The notes: a model not told the origin generated them from the letters alone. A stretch of DNA of 54,622 nt, filler included, from Sphacelaria rigidula (GCA_964200075.2; 5 parts of 5 records of this genome joined end to end with filler, not necessarily neighbours in it); one strand, 5' to 3'. Numbered from the whole stretch's first letter, positions 11,741 to 25,542 are shown. Made by a program: numbers and translations.

Positions 11741-12631
11741 CCCTGTAAAAACTGAAGCTTCTTCACCACTTCGTTGAAAAATGGGCTGATGATTTTGAAA
11801 CTACAATCTCGGCCCTCAACGCAGATCAAAAGACCTCCGTCAGCGATGGGCCATGCTGACAGAGTACCTGCGCATATGGAGGCGTTTGTGCACCATTCAT
11901 CACAGCAAGCATCTTCCCTCTGGAGCTGCCCCCCCTTCCCCCTATGTTATGTGCAACAACCTTCAGAAACCGCAACACCCTGTGAAGCTGTTGTATAGGG
12001 AAGAAATAGGCACCTTTGAGGCAGGACAAACGTCTACATTCCTATAAGAAGTGGAGCTCAAGATCGGGGCTACAAACCAGTGCTGATTTGAGCATAACGT
12101 GTGCTGCGCGGGCGTTGGTTGAGGTAGTCCGTCGCATGTCGCTGGATGGCCTCTTCGCTCAGCGGAATTGCTCAGGGCATACCAAGTATATGCAACAGCT
12201 CGAACTATTATTTTTGTTGTTGTTGTTGTCTTCACATTCAAAACCGTTCCGATATCTGCACGGTACATTCGTACTGGGCATCTGATGCGGACGCCTTCCG
12301 TGGTCACAGGCTAGCAAAACCCCCCCCCAAAAAATTAGACCCAGATTACAGCTCACAAAACGCGATACAAGCAAAACAGGAAGAAACGAGGAAGAAAAAA
12401 GAGAGTACATACGAACTGCTCAAGGATATTCTTTTTTGCAACCGCAATGCCAGACTAAGTCCCCCCCCCCGCTATTCTACTCTTGTCCATAATGTACACA
12501 AAGACGACGAGACGAGCACACGGTATAGAGGTGGGAACAACACACTACACTCCTATGTACTTTGTGGCTTGCGCGTTTCTCTTTTTGTTTTCCGTGTGCC
12601 GTCTCTTGTTCCATTTCGTACAAAAGCTAAC

Positions 12632-12772
12632 CTTTGGAGAGCATCCTGAGGGTTTCGAGATCCTCCACGATGTTGCTGGCCTTGTTCGTCACCAGTAGCA
12701 AGAACAGATTTTCGATCGGCTGGTATACGTAGCGCACCGACTCTGTCTCGATGAAGGTATGCTGTTTGTTGC
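12632..12772 (-). CDS. ARCN1: Coatomer subunit delta (delta-COP), internal exon of the longin domain
   Basis: cag|...|gttagc boundaries, 141 nt, phase 1/1; encodes (G)[46 protein letters not shown], a hallmark delta-COP sequence. Missed by the ORF track. Confidence 0.95.
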
Positions 12773-13259
12773 CTGGAGACGAAGGGAATGATGGGGGAGG
12801 TGAAGGGGGGGGGGGGATTTACAGCTGGGTCAAACTCGATCCATGTCAAGAAAAATTAACTCAATGTCAACACAGGTTCATCCCTGATATCTGAGATCCA
12901 CCTGTAGCACACTTAAAAAGAATTGTTATTGAACCCAGGTGCATTTCGCTATCCACGTGACATGATTGTGACGTAATTAGTGGAGGGTGAGTGTGGGTGA
13001 GGGAACATGATGCGAGAACAGAAAGTAACCGAAACCTCTTCAGGTTGGCTGAGTGGAGGCGGAGAACAAACATACGAAAACCCATTGAACCAGCTTGGTC
13101 GATAAAAAAACGAAATATTTTTCTATCGCAGACGAAGCAATTACACTCAGCAGATTAGACTAACAATATCCGTGACCAATACAGTGTAACCCTCTGAACG
13201 TAAGATGACACGCGACAACAGGTGGTGAGTAGGAGAGGGGGTACACCATGCCAAGATTG

Positions 13260-14240
13260 CAAGGTTGTGTTCTGTAGGGTACGGTTTTCTGTATACTCGG
13301 GGTATTTTGTCGGGTATTTACCGTACCCGACAGTTCTGTGGCTTCTGTAAGACTTTCATACCATTACCCGACAGTTCTAGAGACCTTCATACCCTCACCC
13401 GATAGTTCTATGAGTTCTGTAAGCCTCCCGTACCGTTACCGGGGGGCACGGGTACGCTCTTGACGAGATACCTGATTGCGGGTACGGTTTTCTGTGCAAC
13501 CTCCATATCCTACCCGTCAGTTTCTGTGGGTTCTATTAGCCTCCCATACCCTTACCCGTAAGTTCTGTGAGTATTCTGTACGAAAACTTTACCCTAACCC
13601 GAGGGGCGGGTATGCCCTAAAAGAGCTACCCGATTGCCGGCACCGGTTTTCTGTACGCCTCTCATACCGTACCCGACGAGTTCTGTAATTTTTCACGGTA
13701 AGGGCGAATCACGAGTCGTATGAGGTCACTCCTCGTGACATGGCAGGAGTCAACCTGTATTCAACAGTTCATCCCGCATGCACCCGACGGTGAACAACAT
13801 ATGCAATGCCCATGTCATGAGAAGATTCGACGATTTGCCGACTCTTCGTCCCGCACGACTCATACGCCTGGCATAGATGTAAATGCCATTCACGCTTCAT
13901 GGCAAGTGTGGGTGGCATGTACAATCGGTTCATTCCACATTTTTTACAGGGGATTAGTATGTAACTATGATCCACCCCCTATGATCTGGAGGTAGGAAAC
14001 AGGAACCGTTGGCACTTTACTGCACAACACAAGACCTCAAAGCCTGTATGAAGTACAACTGATGTACGAATCGCATGATTTATTCGTTGAAATGAGTTAC
14101 ATGAGTTCAATCACGATATTACTTGTCCTGACCGTGTAATTTTTGCAAGAGTTTCATACCGGTACCCGACAGTTCTGTAAGTTCTGTAAAAAATCTCATA
14201 CCCTACAGAACGTACCCGTACCTTACAGAACACAACCTTG
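13260..14240. mobile_element. Non-autonomous hAT-like DNA transposon in a delta-COP intron
   Basis: TIRs CAAGGTTGTGTTCTGTA..GGTACGG / CCGTACCTTACAGAACACAACCTTG; imperfect 8-bp TSD CAAGATTG / GAAGATCG; subterminal TACCCGACAGTTCT repeats. Confidence 0.8.
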
Positions 14241-14630
14241 GAAGATCGCAGACACTCTTCGCTAACCACCGCCCCTCTATCATCATCGGTGGTCGTTTTG
14301 AGCTGACATGAATGTGCTTCCTGCAGTCCACTGAGAGGGCGCAAGCTATACCATCCATCCATGCCGAGCCCCTCTTTCACCCAGATCTAGCACGTACATG
14401 CCACCTACGACCTCCACACCTTTACTTATCGGAGAGAGGAGGTATACAGTATATCTGCGGGGGCCGAGGCATTTGGATACCAAATAGCGTTCCCCCAAAG
14501 AGTCCTCGGTATGTGTTCTAACGGTGAAGATGGAATGCTGATCGAGCAAGAGACATGCCACGATCGCTGTGGCTCTCCGATTTGATCTTCACAGGTTTTC
14601 ACAACATGCCCGTCCATCTCAAGCCCTTAC

Positions 14631-14754
14631 CGGTACCCATGAGCTTGGGGAACGCCGCCAGCAGCCCCTCGATGCGGATGCGACTCATGTCAACAAACTG
14701 TCGGGCTAAGAGAGCCTTGCCATTCCTCGTCGTTATTGCCGCTGATAGAACCAC
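14631..14754 (-). CDS. ARCN1: Coatomer subunit delta, N-terminal exon (follows the ATG)
   Basis: cag|...|gtaagg boundaries, 124 nt, phase 0/1; encodes [41 protein letters not shown] and splices in frame to 12772. The rest of the gene lies beyond the contig start. Confidence 0.95.
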
Positions 14755-16721
14755 CTGTATGTCCCCAGGGAGGCAAAATGACCATTACGAGGCAAGGCAA
14801 GGCAAGGCAACCTCGTCGATTAAATTTTCCGATGCTCAACCATCCGTCTCTGTATATCTCGCTGCGTGAGGGTGTGTGTACATATCAGATATGAGAGAGC
14901 AAAGTCAAGGGGAACATAATCGATCATATAACACTCGCGCCGCGAGGGTTCAATGAATCGCCTTGTATTGTAAAATCCGGTGGAAAGCTGTGATCAATCG
15001 TGCTGCGTGCGTCACGTTTGTGAGTGGTCGCTCTTCGGAGCTTATCTGATCTTCAGGTTTGGTGCACTAAAAAGAATGGCGCGGGAGGTGGGAGGGGGTG
15101 TACTCATGATCATGCATGCCATAGTCATCAGACCATTGACCTCGCATAACCTTGCATGAGGTGGGATGGGGGGAGTAAATATGTATTGCGTACGTAACAG
15201 CTTTATTCATCACACATTGACGATACTCTCACGAGTGAGTTCTCTCTTCGATGATGACAAAAACAGTTTCGGACAGGGGCATATGGCGGAGGGAGGGATA
15301 CAGGTTGTAGGGGAGCAAGCCCGTACATGCGGTGATTTGGTGCGTTCGAAGCTCCGTTTTCTGGCGTGGAGCATCCCGTAAATGGGTCGTTTCCCAAGCT
15401 TCTCACCACTTGAATCCTCACTGTGGTCAAACGACCAGTAGCCTGTATTTTCTACCGCTGCTTCCTGCTGCCTCCGCGTCACTTTGCTGGGTGAACAGGA
15501 ATCGGTCATTCTGGATGTATCGCCAGAGTACAAAAGTAGCAGAGGGAGTATATTTTCCTAAGCGCAAGGAGGCCAGCTGCATGCGCCATGGTTTACCAGA
15601 CAGGCCAGCCAAGAGTCCCTCTTGGTTCAACAGTTATGTGGTTGATTTGAGGGAGTGATTGTCGCACTTTCACAGACCCCCCACGGGTCCAGCCGTATGA
15701 GCAGCATAATTTTAGGGATTGGGACCTGAATTTTTGCCACGAGCTTGAAAATATCATCACGCGGAAAGTAGCCGAAGCACCAAAGGGAGAAAAAAATATA
15801 TATGAAGTTAGAGCGCCTCGAAATTTTGAGCCAAAGAAAGATGATGTTATAACCCCATAAAAAAGAAAGCTGTGGTTGCTTCCGCGAAGAACTTTTAACG
15901 TGCGTGCAGAAGATTCGGCTCAACAGTCCCAAGATTGGGCCGCGCATTCATTTGTTTGTGGAATACCGCCGCGCCCCAGTGGTCCAACTGATTCAGGAGA
16001 CTCTAATGATGGATCTTACGAGTTCGAATCCCGACAGATCCTCTTTTTTCGCCCAGAATCTGGTTTCGTCGTCGCTGTTATATGATATCCAGGACATTTT
16101 TTTCTTTATTTAGTCCTTGGCGGCAGACCGAGCGAACTTCCGCAGGTTAGTCTGTAGTTCACAGCGGTATACTCACATCGGGATGATTCGGGAAATTGAA
16201 GACGTTTTTGTGAGGCCGCGGTATGGGCGTTTTGAGGCTGGGCCAGCTCGTACTGGATTAATTCGCCGACAAGACTGATGGGAGCTGCTACCTCAAAGCT
16301 TACACACTGGCGACAAGGAACATTTCGGTGAAGTATGTGGCCCCATCATGCTACAGAACAGCTTGGTGCGTGAACGTAACATTTGGCTCGACGTCTGCAG
16401 ACCTTTTTCGCACAAGCTCAATATGGGCAGTACACAGCAATGAAGTAATACGCTACGATGTACAGCACAATTTTGGCAGTACAGCACAATAGAGTAGTCT
16501 AATTTTCATATGCTTCTGGAAACGACACGATGTGACGTCATCAATAACCTGCGCCTGGTATATTTGAACCCCTTCGAGACTTGGGTCTGGACACTTACCC
16601 GCAACTGCATCTATTTACTCTTTCGAACGGGGAAGGGGAGGCAACTGCGCGGTGTGGCGTTCAAGTTCGGCACCTTCGGTTTTCTTCGGCGACTAGTTCC
16701 TCCACTCGCTTGTTAGCTTAC

Positions 16722-16724
16722 CAT
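16722..16724 (-). CDS. ARCN1: Candidate ATG-only first coding exon of delta-COP
   Basis: The - strand reads ...TTTTC ATG|GTAAGC, a strong phase-0 donor matching the acceptor at 14754. An alternative ATG|GTTGAG lies at ~14843. Confidence 0.45.
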
Positions 16725-19700
16725 GAAAACCAGAGGTCATTGCTACCCCCGACATTACAGTGTTCACATGGAGGCGGCGTTTCGGAAGGTCGGGCCTCGA
16801 GAAAGGGCACACGTCGTGCGTGATGAGGCCGAGACTTGGGGACGATATTTTGCATGGTACCACAGCAACGTGTCAGTTACAGGTTCCGTGGCGCAAGCAG
16901 CTGAGGGCGCGGTGTGCATTGAAACGGTGGATGCCACCAACGACTTTGAAGTTCTAAATTCAAAACTTGCTGTCTGATGACCATTCTAGCGGTTACGGCA
17001 TCAATCTGGCACAGAGGCCCCACCGGATCCTGACATCTTCATCATGAATCTTCGCCTGGTTTTGGATCAACACTCGAAGAAACAGAGCTGAGAAACATCG
17101 TTTAGGCTCCGTTAGGTAGTTGAAGGTTTGGGGATGAACTTTCCCGCTCCAACTCGCTGAACATTTTTGGAACCTTCCCTTCCCTTCCTGTCCCCTGGCC
17201 AAACGCCTTAGTATGAGAAGCCCTGACCAAGAGGAAAACATGGGAATAGAATAGGCAGACGGTAACCATTTTTATAATGGAAGGTCGAAGAAAAATGTCC
17301 TCCCTGCAGAATTCGGGTGACGTTTGTCCAATCATGCCACGCAACGGATGAAGTGTGTCCAATTGCATCCATCGACAATAATTAGCAAAACCACTATGAA
17401 ACATTCCATTAAAAAACAGCAATGGGTTCTAAGGTCCGACCAGGCACATCGATATATCAGCATATATTTCGAAGATAAGGAAAGTACCGTTTTGACGGGC
17501 TGCAGCATGAGGTGGCGAGTTTGTCAAGCCACACCGTACATGCAGCATAGTATGGCTGAACCCAGCGAAATCCCCTCACCACATGTGGAAGGCACAGTGG
17601 GTTGTGCGGGCGGTACATGGGGGGTGCAATCGCAGGCGTCCGCACAGGCGATATACATGCACACGGGAGGGAACCAACGGGCACCGCCTACCGTAGTCAC
17701 GCCAGATGAAAAACACTGCAGTCAGTAAACACAACAGGTTACGGTATTGACTTGCGGCGACACTCCGTGCAAGATAAATATACGCATGTCGTGAAAAGTC
17801 GGCCACGAGAGTAGACGGCACGGGACGATAGCGGTAGCCGGTGTCATGAATCTCGTGCAGCATGAAGTATGTCTGCAACGATTGGGAACGATCAACCCGC
17901 GGTATAGATGTGGTGGGGCGGCTGTGCCCTTCGCTACGCCGTTGTGTAATAGTCAACCGGCAGTATGATGTTGTCGGCGCGTGCTTGGCAGAGCGCAGTT
18001 TTGTGCACGCCCCGCGTTTTACGGAGATATTTTCCAGATAAGATACAGACATAACACGAGGCAGTAAGGCATCACCCCTGGGGCGACGGCACTTGGCAGA
18101 CTCTACACCACAGTGCCGGTGCATAACTGCAGGGCACATGGCGTCTGCGTCGCCTTTACACATTTTTTCAAACGGCGGGATGGTCCTGTCGGAACGTGCA
18201 TAAGCGCGATATTGTGCATGACGTGAGTCTGCAGTCGAGATTACCTGAAACTGCTGTAAACACACCCAGTATTGTACAGGGCAGTATCGCAGCACCCCCG
18301 GCGGCACGGAAAGGTGACTGCCTGGGATTGTATTACAACGCCAGTTCATAAATATGGCGCATGTGCCATCGGCGTTGCCTTTGCTGCTACGACGCTGCGA
18401 AGAGTATAGCCTGCAGCGGGAAGGGCGTGCAGGTCAGGCGGGGAGCATGATTGACAGAGGCTTGCCGCGCACTGTGGCCGGGAAAGGAGCTCATGAGTGT
18501 AAAAAAACGCCGATGGGTCCTGGACCTCGCCGTAATAAGGAAATAGGAAACTTTCTCTTGTTCCACTTTATCACCGCATGGGTGTGAAAAATACGCGTTG
18601 AGCGAATATTGTTGCGTCTAAGCTGTGGACCCTCAACCATATCTTGCTCAAAAACCGTCAATTGCAAATGATCAATTTTCCGTTGTGAGTTCCACAAGGG
18701 TTAATAGATGTAGGTTAAGCTCCTGTCGCGCGCACAGTGCGATTTGGCAAGGAGCCTTGCCGGCGTACGTGGCAGGGGGGCAACGTCCCCATACGGACAG
18801 TACCACAACTTTCGCGTAGGCAGAGCTGATGGTCTGGCAGCTCCGGGTGTGCTTGGTTTGGTATTCTTCTACGGGCACCAAGTTATAGTACGGTGGAGAA
18901 GGGTATATGCGTTGATATTTGGTCATTGCCCCACTTCCACTTCGCCGAGCTCTTGCGGAGTTTTCGACGAGGTCAGCAGGTTACTCTGTATGCGCCAAAG
19001 TACAAGTCTGCGTGCATGCCAGAGGGTTAGTTGTTTCAAGGTAGCTTCGCCAAAGGTACAGTCATTCAACGAAGGAGGCGGCCTCACAGTACTGCGTGCG
19101 CCACCTAGGGTTAACGCACACTTGACGGAGGTCCCATGCTCATCTGCGTGTAGTTTCACGGGGCAGTCGTGACGCTAAAAGGTTTTGTGACAAATGACGC
19201 CGACACAGACCTTGCCCAAGCGTCAATGCTGTGGATGGCGCGCAGTCTCCACACCATCAGCACACCGCACTGCAGCATCATAGTGGGCACAGACAGGGCG
19301 GGGGTCGCATGTACGAGAACACGGTATCAACTTCGCCCTGTACTCCCGTTGTCAGCCACAGTTTCAAATGCAACCCCTTGCGATATGCGCAGTAAACCAC
19401 GCCACCTTACTTGCACGCCTGTTGAGCCAGCTGTCCGTGCGGATTGTGATCACCCCTCCTACCACGATCATTTCTACTCCAAGCCCAGTACAATTGCAAT
19501 AGAGTTTACCATTTTTCTAAATCGGCGCTGGTTCGAGATCTCGCAACGCGCACTTCGCCGAGGGAACACTTTGCATCCCCCTTGTCCGAGGGTTCTCGGT
19601 ATGCCTTCGTTGGGGTTAGGGTTACGATTAGGGCCCTTCTTATCGAAGAGGATTTTCCCTTTATCAAAATCCCCTTCTTGATAAACGACCCCCGATTGAT

Positions 19701-20936
19701 CGCTGCGATACCACCCCCCCCAAATCCCCAAAGTGCACAGGAATCCCCTCTTTTGGGGGGGATGTCATGAAGTGCAAAAACATTTTCTATTGACCGGGGC
19801 ACATGCAAAGGCTTACCACACAACCGGACACAATAAGAGCTAAACTTGAGGAGCTTGGTGTCCCCATAAATCTAACACAAACAGCTTGAACCGTAGCTGC
19901 TCACCAGCTGAGCACGTTGTGCGTGACATCGCTCAAATCTGTTCAGAATAAGTTGAGAAATGATTACTTGTGTGAGACGCGCGCACAGCACATGCTCACA
20001 GTCAGCAACGACACGTTTTCGGTTGTTTTTTACACGCACGCAGCCGCCATTCGTCAAAGGACGGATTCTCGTCAAACAAAGACTGCCGTATGTATATTAG
20101 CAAGGGCTAGCTAGCGGTGGAGCTAATGCGCGTGAGTGGTAGGTGTCTGTACGTGCGATTAAGGGGCTGGATATGTAGGTGTTGTGTTGCGTTGTTGCGT
20201 CCTGCCTGTAGCATTACAGAGACCTTGGACTAATGACCATATCCAGACTCGCCGCATTTCTAAACCTCCGTGCAGATCTGGGCTTCGGTCTGCCCAAAAC
20301 TGCTTCATGATAGGACTCAGAACTGGACGGTACGGGTAGGCTTTTGCTTTTTATATGCACATATAATTCGATACAAAACTGGGTTTTACGCATAACTTCA
20401 CACGTTTTTCAAGAGCATTGCTCATACCTGGTATGTTTCGGAGATTCCAGCATAAGAAAGGTATGAACACAGAGTTTTACACACCATGGGCAACACATCC
20501 CGTCGTCGAAAAGTGTACTAGGTACAGTATCGACTACTGCGTCTATTGCAACAGACAGTAGATTCCATACTGTGCACAGAGCATTTTTGACAACATAATC
20601 TATTTTCCAGGGTGTGAAGTTTTACGCATAACTTGGCGCATACAGTACTCGAACGGGTGCTCCATGTGGCGTGGCTCGTGGAGTCGTGGCGTTTGTGTTC
20701 GGAGTTCTTCTTCTTTTACTCTGTTGCGGGTCTGATATCGGTTGATGTGGTGTATGTGAACTACTTTATGTTTACCTGAAACTGATGAAAAAATAGATGA
20801 TTTATATTTCACATCAGACGGCGGCTCCCGCCACAACGTCACACACCAAACAGTCCAGGCCACAACTGTATAATGTACAACGTACAGCGTACAGCGCACA
20901 GTGTACAGACAGTACAGCAGTGAGCAGTACACTACT

Positions 20937-21790
20937 ATGGCAGAGCAGAAAGAGGTCGAGGTGACCGAGGTGCGGAGTTCTGCGCCTCAGCAGCGCGACG
21001 CGAATGAGACGCTGAGGAGCAGAGGGCGAGAGAAAAAGCTCAGGTTATGTTCGCTCGCCGATTCCGTCAGGCTGAACCTTCTCAGCCGAACCACGTGCGG
21101 CTGAGGAGGCCAAGCGGAAGAAGACCGAGCAACGCGAACGAGACACCAAAGAGGCTGAGGACAGCCCACAAGCGCCGGCTGTCGACGCCGACATCGACAG
21201 GCAGCGCTCCAGCCGCACCAAGTCTCAAAAAAACAGCGGGAGGACAGGGCGGAGAAGGCTGCCGCGCCGACGGAAATCACTGACATGAAACGCGTGGAGC
21301 ATACAGTGGTGCATCTTCTGCAAAGCGGCAGCCAGACATATCGTGTTACGACCGCTTGCAAGACTTTTCCAGCGAATGTTTGGCCGTCAACAAGGTCAAC
21401 AAGGGCAAGGTCGACTGCTTCGTGTGCAAAAAAACAGATCTTGGGGAAAATCAACAGTGTCATCCAGCTGCACTGCAAGGGCATCACACACTAGGAACAC
21501 GTCGAGGCAACCAAGACGCGCGAAGCGAAAAAAACAGAGTCAGCTGTAATGCTGACATACAACCGGGACGGCAAGGAGAAGAATACCGCGGGCGGCTGTG
21601 GATGATGCGGGGGTAGTTTGCTGGGCCAGAGGCTAGAGTGCCATGCGGTGCCACAATAAGCATAGTGGCGTGCCATCCAGCACGCACGGGTATGACAGAT
21701 GCCAACGATGTCTGGTCGATGTATGCACGGTTAGGACGAATCATCACGACTAGGAATCACCAAATCCACGATTTCTTCGGCCTGATTGCC
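20937..21790 (+). pseudogene. Decayed DNA-transposase-like ORF with BED/C2H2-type zinc finger
   Basis: Across frameshifts: KDFSSECLAVNKVNKGKVDCFVCKK / QILGKINSVIQLHCKGITH (CxxC...H-X4-H), preceded by a basic low-complexity N-terminus; truncated by the linker. Confidence 0.5.
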
Positions 21791-21890
21791 NNNNNNNNNN
21801 NNNNNNNNNNNNNNNNNNNNNNNNNNNNNNNNNNTTAATTAATTAANNNNNNNNNNNNNNNNNNNNNNNNNNNNNNNNNNNNNNNNNNNN
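21791..21890. other. Artificial contig-joining linker
   Basis: Same N44-TTAATTAATTAA-N44 structure. Confidence 0.98.
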
Positions 21891-23847
21891 GTGCGTTGGC
21901 AGACTTCAAATCGTCGCCTAAACGGCGATTTCGACAAAAACGCGTTCTGGGCGAGCTGGGTCCACTGCTCACCTGCGCCAAGCCATGTATTTTTCAGAAC
22001 TTTATCGGGTCTAAAATCTTGTAGTCATCCCTGTCAACCATTGTGTACAAACATTTCTTTAGGTCTACTGCTCTTCATTATGCACTCTGGTGCTGGGGTG
22101 TAGTAAGTGCCTCTTCCAGGAGGCTCAACCAGACCTAACCATCCTTGTCGCCGAAGCCTGTCTACACACCGGCACACGCTCCATTGCATCAAGGGTGTGC
22201 GTGCCAGCTTTCGACAGTGGTGCCAACTGCCTCCGCGCACACACCGTATTCCAACATGCCCGCACTTATGGTGTTGTCACATTATACTGCTTGTAACGCA
22301 GGATATGCCCACACTCAGGTTGTAACACAGTATACCGCTACACTACAACAGGGGTGGGTATGCCTGATGAGCACCGAGTTGACCGAACTCTACCACCACA
22401 CCACACCCTTGCCCAAGGGTAGCTGTGAGAAGGAATCACTCCTTGAAGGTGATTCCGGCCCTACACCCGCCGAAAATACCCTCCCCACGCCGTACCGACA
22501 AGACCGGTCATGGCCGTTGGAGGACGGGGACGGAGCAACAAATAGTATACTCAAGGTTTGAGTAGGTTTGCTACAAGGATCAACTAGCCTCTTGTTATAT
22601 ACTACAACCGAAAGTGTCGTGGAAGAATTCAAAAGGTCCCCGTTAGCGCGGTTCGAATAAACTGGTCGCTCTCAATTGGATCTTCAGCTCTCAATTTCAC
22701 GAAAACATTGTTGTCCCCAGTACGTCACCGTACTGACTGCAGGTTGTGGCACGGTACAAAAAGTAGCCAATATTGAAGATCAGTAGGGGGTGTCGCGTAC
22801 TACGTACGTGGGCGACGAAGATCATTCTGTACGTCTTGTGAGTTCGCTGGGTGTGTCTTGAGTTGTCGTTGCGCCGTGGTGCGAGTATCTCGCGTTGTTT
22901 CGGGAAGCGTAGGCGACTGAGGGGTGCCGGGGCGAAGACTTGCAAAGCGCTTTCAAAACACCCCAGCGTCAGCCTTCAAGATTAGTATTCGCACACTCGA
23001 CTCTACTGTCGCGCTATTGACGGCAAAAAACACGAACCGACACACACAACGTTTATACGTCACACTCTGATGAATGGTCAGACTCTATTGCACAAAATTC
23101 ATACCGTGAAGGAAACACAACGCTGTGTTCATCGTATACAGTAGTATCTACGTCAGGTGATGCACAAACGGACATGTTCGCGTGCTCACCGCGGCTTGCA
23201 CACCCAATACGGCAAATTTTCAGTTGAAAGAGGCCCTGCGGAGTATAGGTAACTGACGAGTGCCCACGGCGACCGCTTGCTGGCGCCGTCAAAAGCATGC
23301 GTTGATCGTCAAAACAGAGCGGAACACACCGATAACAAGAACTGCATACGTCAGTCATCCCGAGTAAAACCCTCGACCTTCAACAGTTGACGAAGAAAAA
23401 CGTGACCATCCTCCAAGGCGCAAGATGTCCATCAATCTGTTTTCAGAACGTTTTTGTACACAGCAGAGGCAACGATCTCATGTTTCAGGCAGCGCATCTT
23501 GACGAGTACTGGGTACTTTCGGTCACCGCTCAGTACGTCTGTTCCGTGCAAACTCCTGCTAGGTCTATTATAGTAGCCCATCTCGGGGAGTGCAGAACAA
23601 CCTTGTACGATTGCCAGATTACCCTCAGAAACTGGTGCATAATGGATGTTCAGCGAAACACTCCGGTAAGCACAAATATGTGGTTCGCCGCTCCACCGCA
23701 CATGACCAAAACGAGCGTAGTTGTAGTAGTGCGGAGACAGGGGTCTGTGTTTGCCCACAGTGCAGCCGACACACATGAATATATACTTCATCATAGGGCG
23801 GCGTCGGCAAGTAAGGAGACCTTGGAAAAGCGTTGTGACTGTCAGGT

Positions 23848-23882
<35 letters not shown>

Positions 23883-24487
23883 CTCTCCCCCCCTCACACG
23901 TTTGCATGCCGTTNNNNNNNNNNGGTGCGCGGGCCCCCCCCCCCATTTTTTTTTTCAAACGGGGATGATGGCGAGAGAAGCCAAGACACTCCACCCTCGG
24001 GCGTTTGTTAGGCAAATGTTGGTGACGAGGTGCTTGTCATTGTACGCTGCCAAAATTGCTCCTGTGTAAGCGCTCTCTTGTAGGGGTATTTTGGTGAAGT
24101 TCGTCTCTAGCAAATGCTGGATGGCCCACTGCCTCTTGTGTTGCTGCACCTTTGGACTAAAGTAAAGTAGAGTAGTAGACTACACTGTCCAGTGACGTAA
24201 CACCACAGTAGGATCATTCGATTTTCCTACGTGTTTGGGCCTCGCTCTTCCCAGCTGTTTGATGACTGTCCGCTATCGGACACAAGTCATACAGGGGGGA
24301 TTTGCCATATCTCAGGCATACACGCTCTGCGAAACATTCATTGTCACCCGGGCGCTGGAGAAGTAATTTCAATAGTTGACTGGGTGAACGTGCAATTCGG
24401 ACACATTTTCCACGCGTATAATGAGCAGTGCGATTTTTTCGAAGCTCACCGCATGGCTATCGTTCGCCCACGTGCTCTCTTTGGCAG

Positions 24488-24631
24488 ATCTGCCACTTTT
24501 GCAATGTGGACGACAAGGGCACCAACTATCCCCCGGATCGCATGGTGCACCCTTCGGTTTACGACACCAAGGACTTCCACGACTCGCTCATGGGCGAGTT
24601 CAGGAAAATGAAGAAAGCAGAGGAGACGAAG
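24488..24631 (+). CDS. SAP30BP: SAP30-binding protein (HCNGP family)-like exon
   Basis: cag|...|gtccgt boundaries, 144 nt, phase 0/0; ICHFCNVDDKGTNYPPDRMVHPSVYDTKDFHDSLMGEFRKMKKAEETK resembles the HCNGP core (FCxIDExGTNYPxD). Confidence 0.8.
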
Positions 24632-25086
24632 GTCCGTCGTCGATTTCCCCCTTGGCGTTGCTCGTTCGTGTCTCCTGCGCGCTTTTACCCCCATCCAATA
24701 GTTGTTCTTTTTCTAATATATTTTCTTCGTTGTCTTGGGGGGTGTCGGCGCCGCTGCTCTTTGTCTCAAAAAGACAGTCGTGGCGTAGCCATGCCACATA
24801 AAGTATGTACGGGGTGCGTTACGCGTAGTGCTTGCAGGATCTTGCGGCATGGCAATGGCGGCCCGTGCTTCTGCTGAATTCGATACCGAGGGAAATTCGT
24901 ATACTGCTAGTGCGGGCAGTCTCGTGCTGTGTCTCTATTTTATGAACGTGATCCTATTATGAGCGAGAGTGTTGAGCGTATCACACCAGCATGTGGCCAT
25001 GACGCCAAACTGCGTTAGCACTTGAATGATGTATCAAAGTCCTCACCCGCTTCATGTTTTTTTACTTGGTGTTGACGTTATTTCAG

Positions 25087-25542
25087 GCGCAGGCTTCGCA
25101 ACAAGCGCTGCAGCAACAAGCAACAGCGCAGGCTCAAGCGCAGGCCCAGGCCCAGGCGCAAGCCCAGGCTGCAAAAGCCGCCGCACAAGCAGCAGCCATG
25201 GCAGCCGCAGGAGCCGCGCCACACATGCGCCCACCCGTTTTACCCAGCGCCCTGCGACCAACGACCGATGCGATCGCCCAGGGCGGCGCAACCGGCGCAG
25301 CTGGCCCGCCACAAATCCCCGCCGCGTTGGCGGGGACGACGCGCAAACGAGGCAACAAGTGGGGCACCGTGTCAACAGTGCCGAGCGCGTTGCCTGTGAT
25401 GGGGAGACCATTAGGGGTGCAGATGGGGGCGGTGGAGGCGGCCGCGGCCGCGGCGGCTGCGGGACAGGCGGCGATGAACGCGCAGGTGGCCAAGGATGCG
25501 CAGCAGCGAGCGGAAGCGATCGCGAAGTTGCAGGTGCAGCAA
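25087..25542 (+). CDS. SAP30BP: SAP30BP/HCNGP-like exon, Ala/Gln-rich with RKRGNKWG motif
   Basis: ttcag| acceptor in phase 0; GC-rich coding bias; RKRGNKWG resembles the KRKSKWD motif of the family. Donor is caa|gtgcgt (alternatives: 25533, or read-through to TAG at 25584). Confidence 0.7.

Noticed and set aside
17560-19470. Possible decayed MULE-type transposase on the - strand (CRRHLSQNL near 19200; 257-aa ORF at 17576-18349)
   Set aside because: One short CxxH-like motif among many stops, and no DDE or SWIM motif could be traced by eye; needs a frameshift-aware profile search.
19610-19635. Telomere-like GGGGTTAGGGTTACGATTAGGG
   Set aside because: Only ~3 imperfect units, internal to a probable repeat; too short to call.
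22900-23850. Cys-rich ORFs on both strands (up to 193 aa)
   Set aside because: No domain or convincing splice structure; probably decayed TE or intron.
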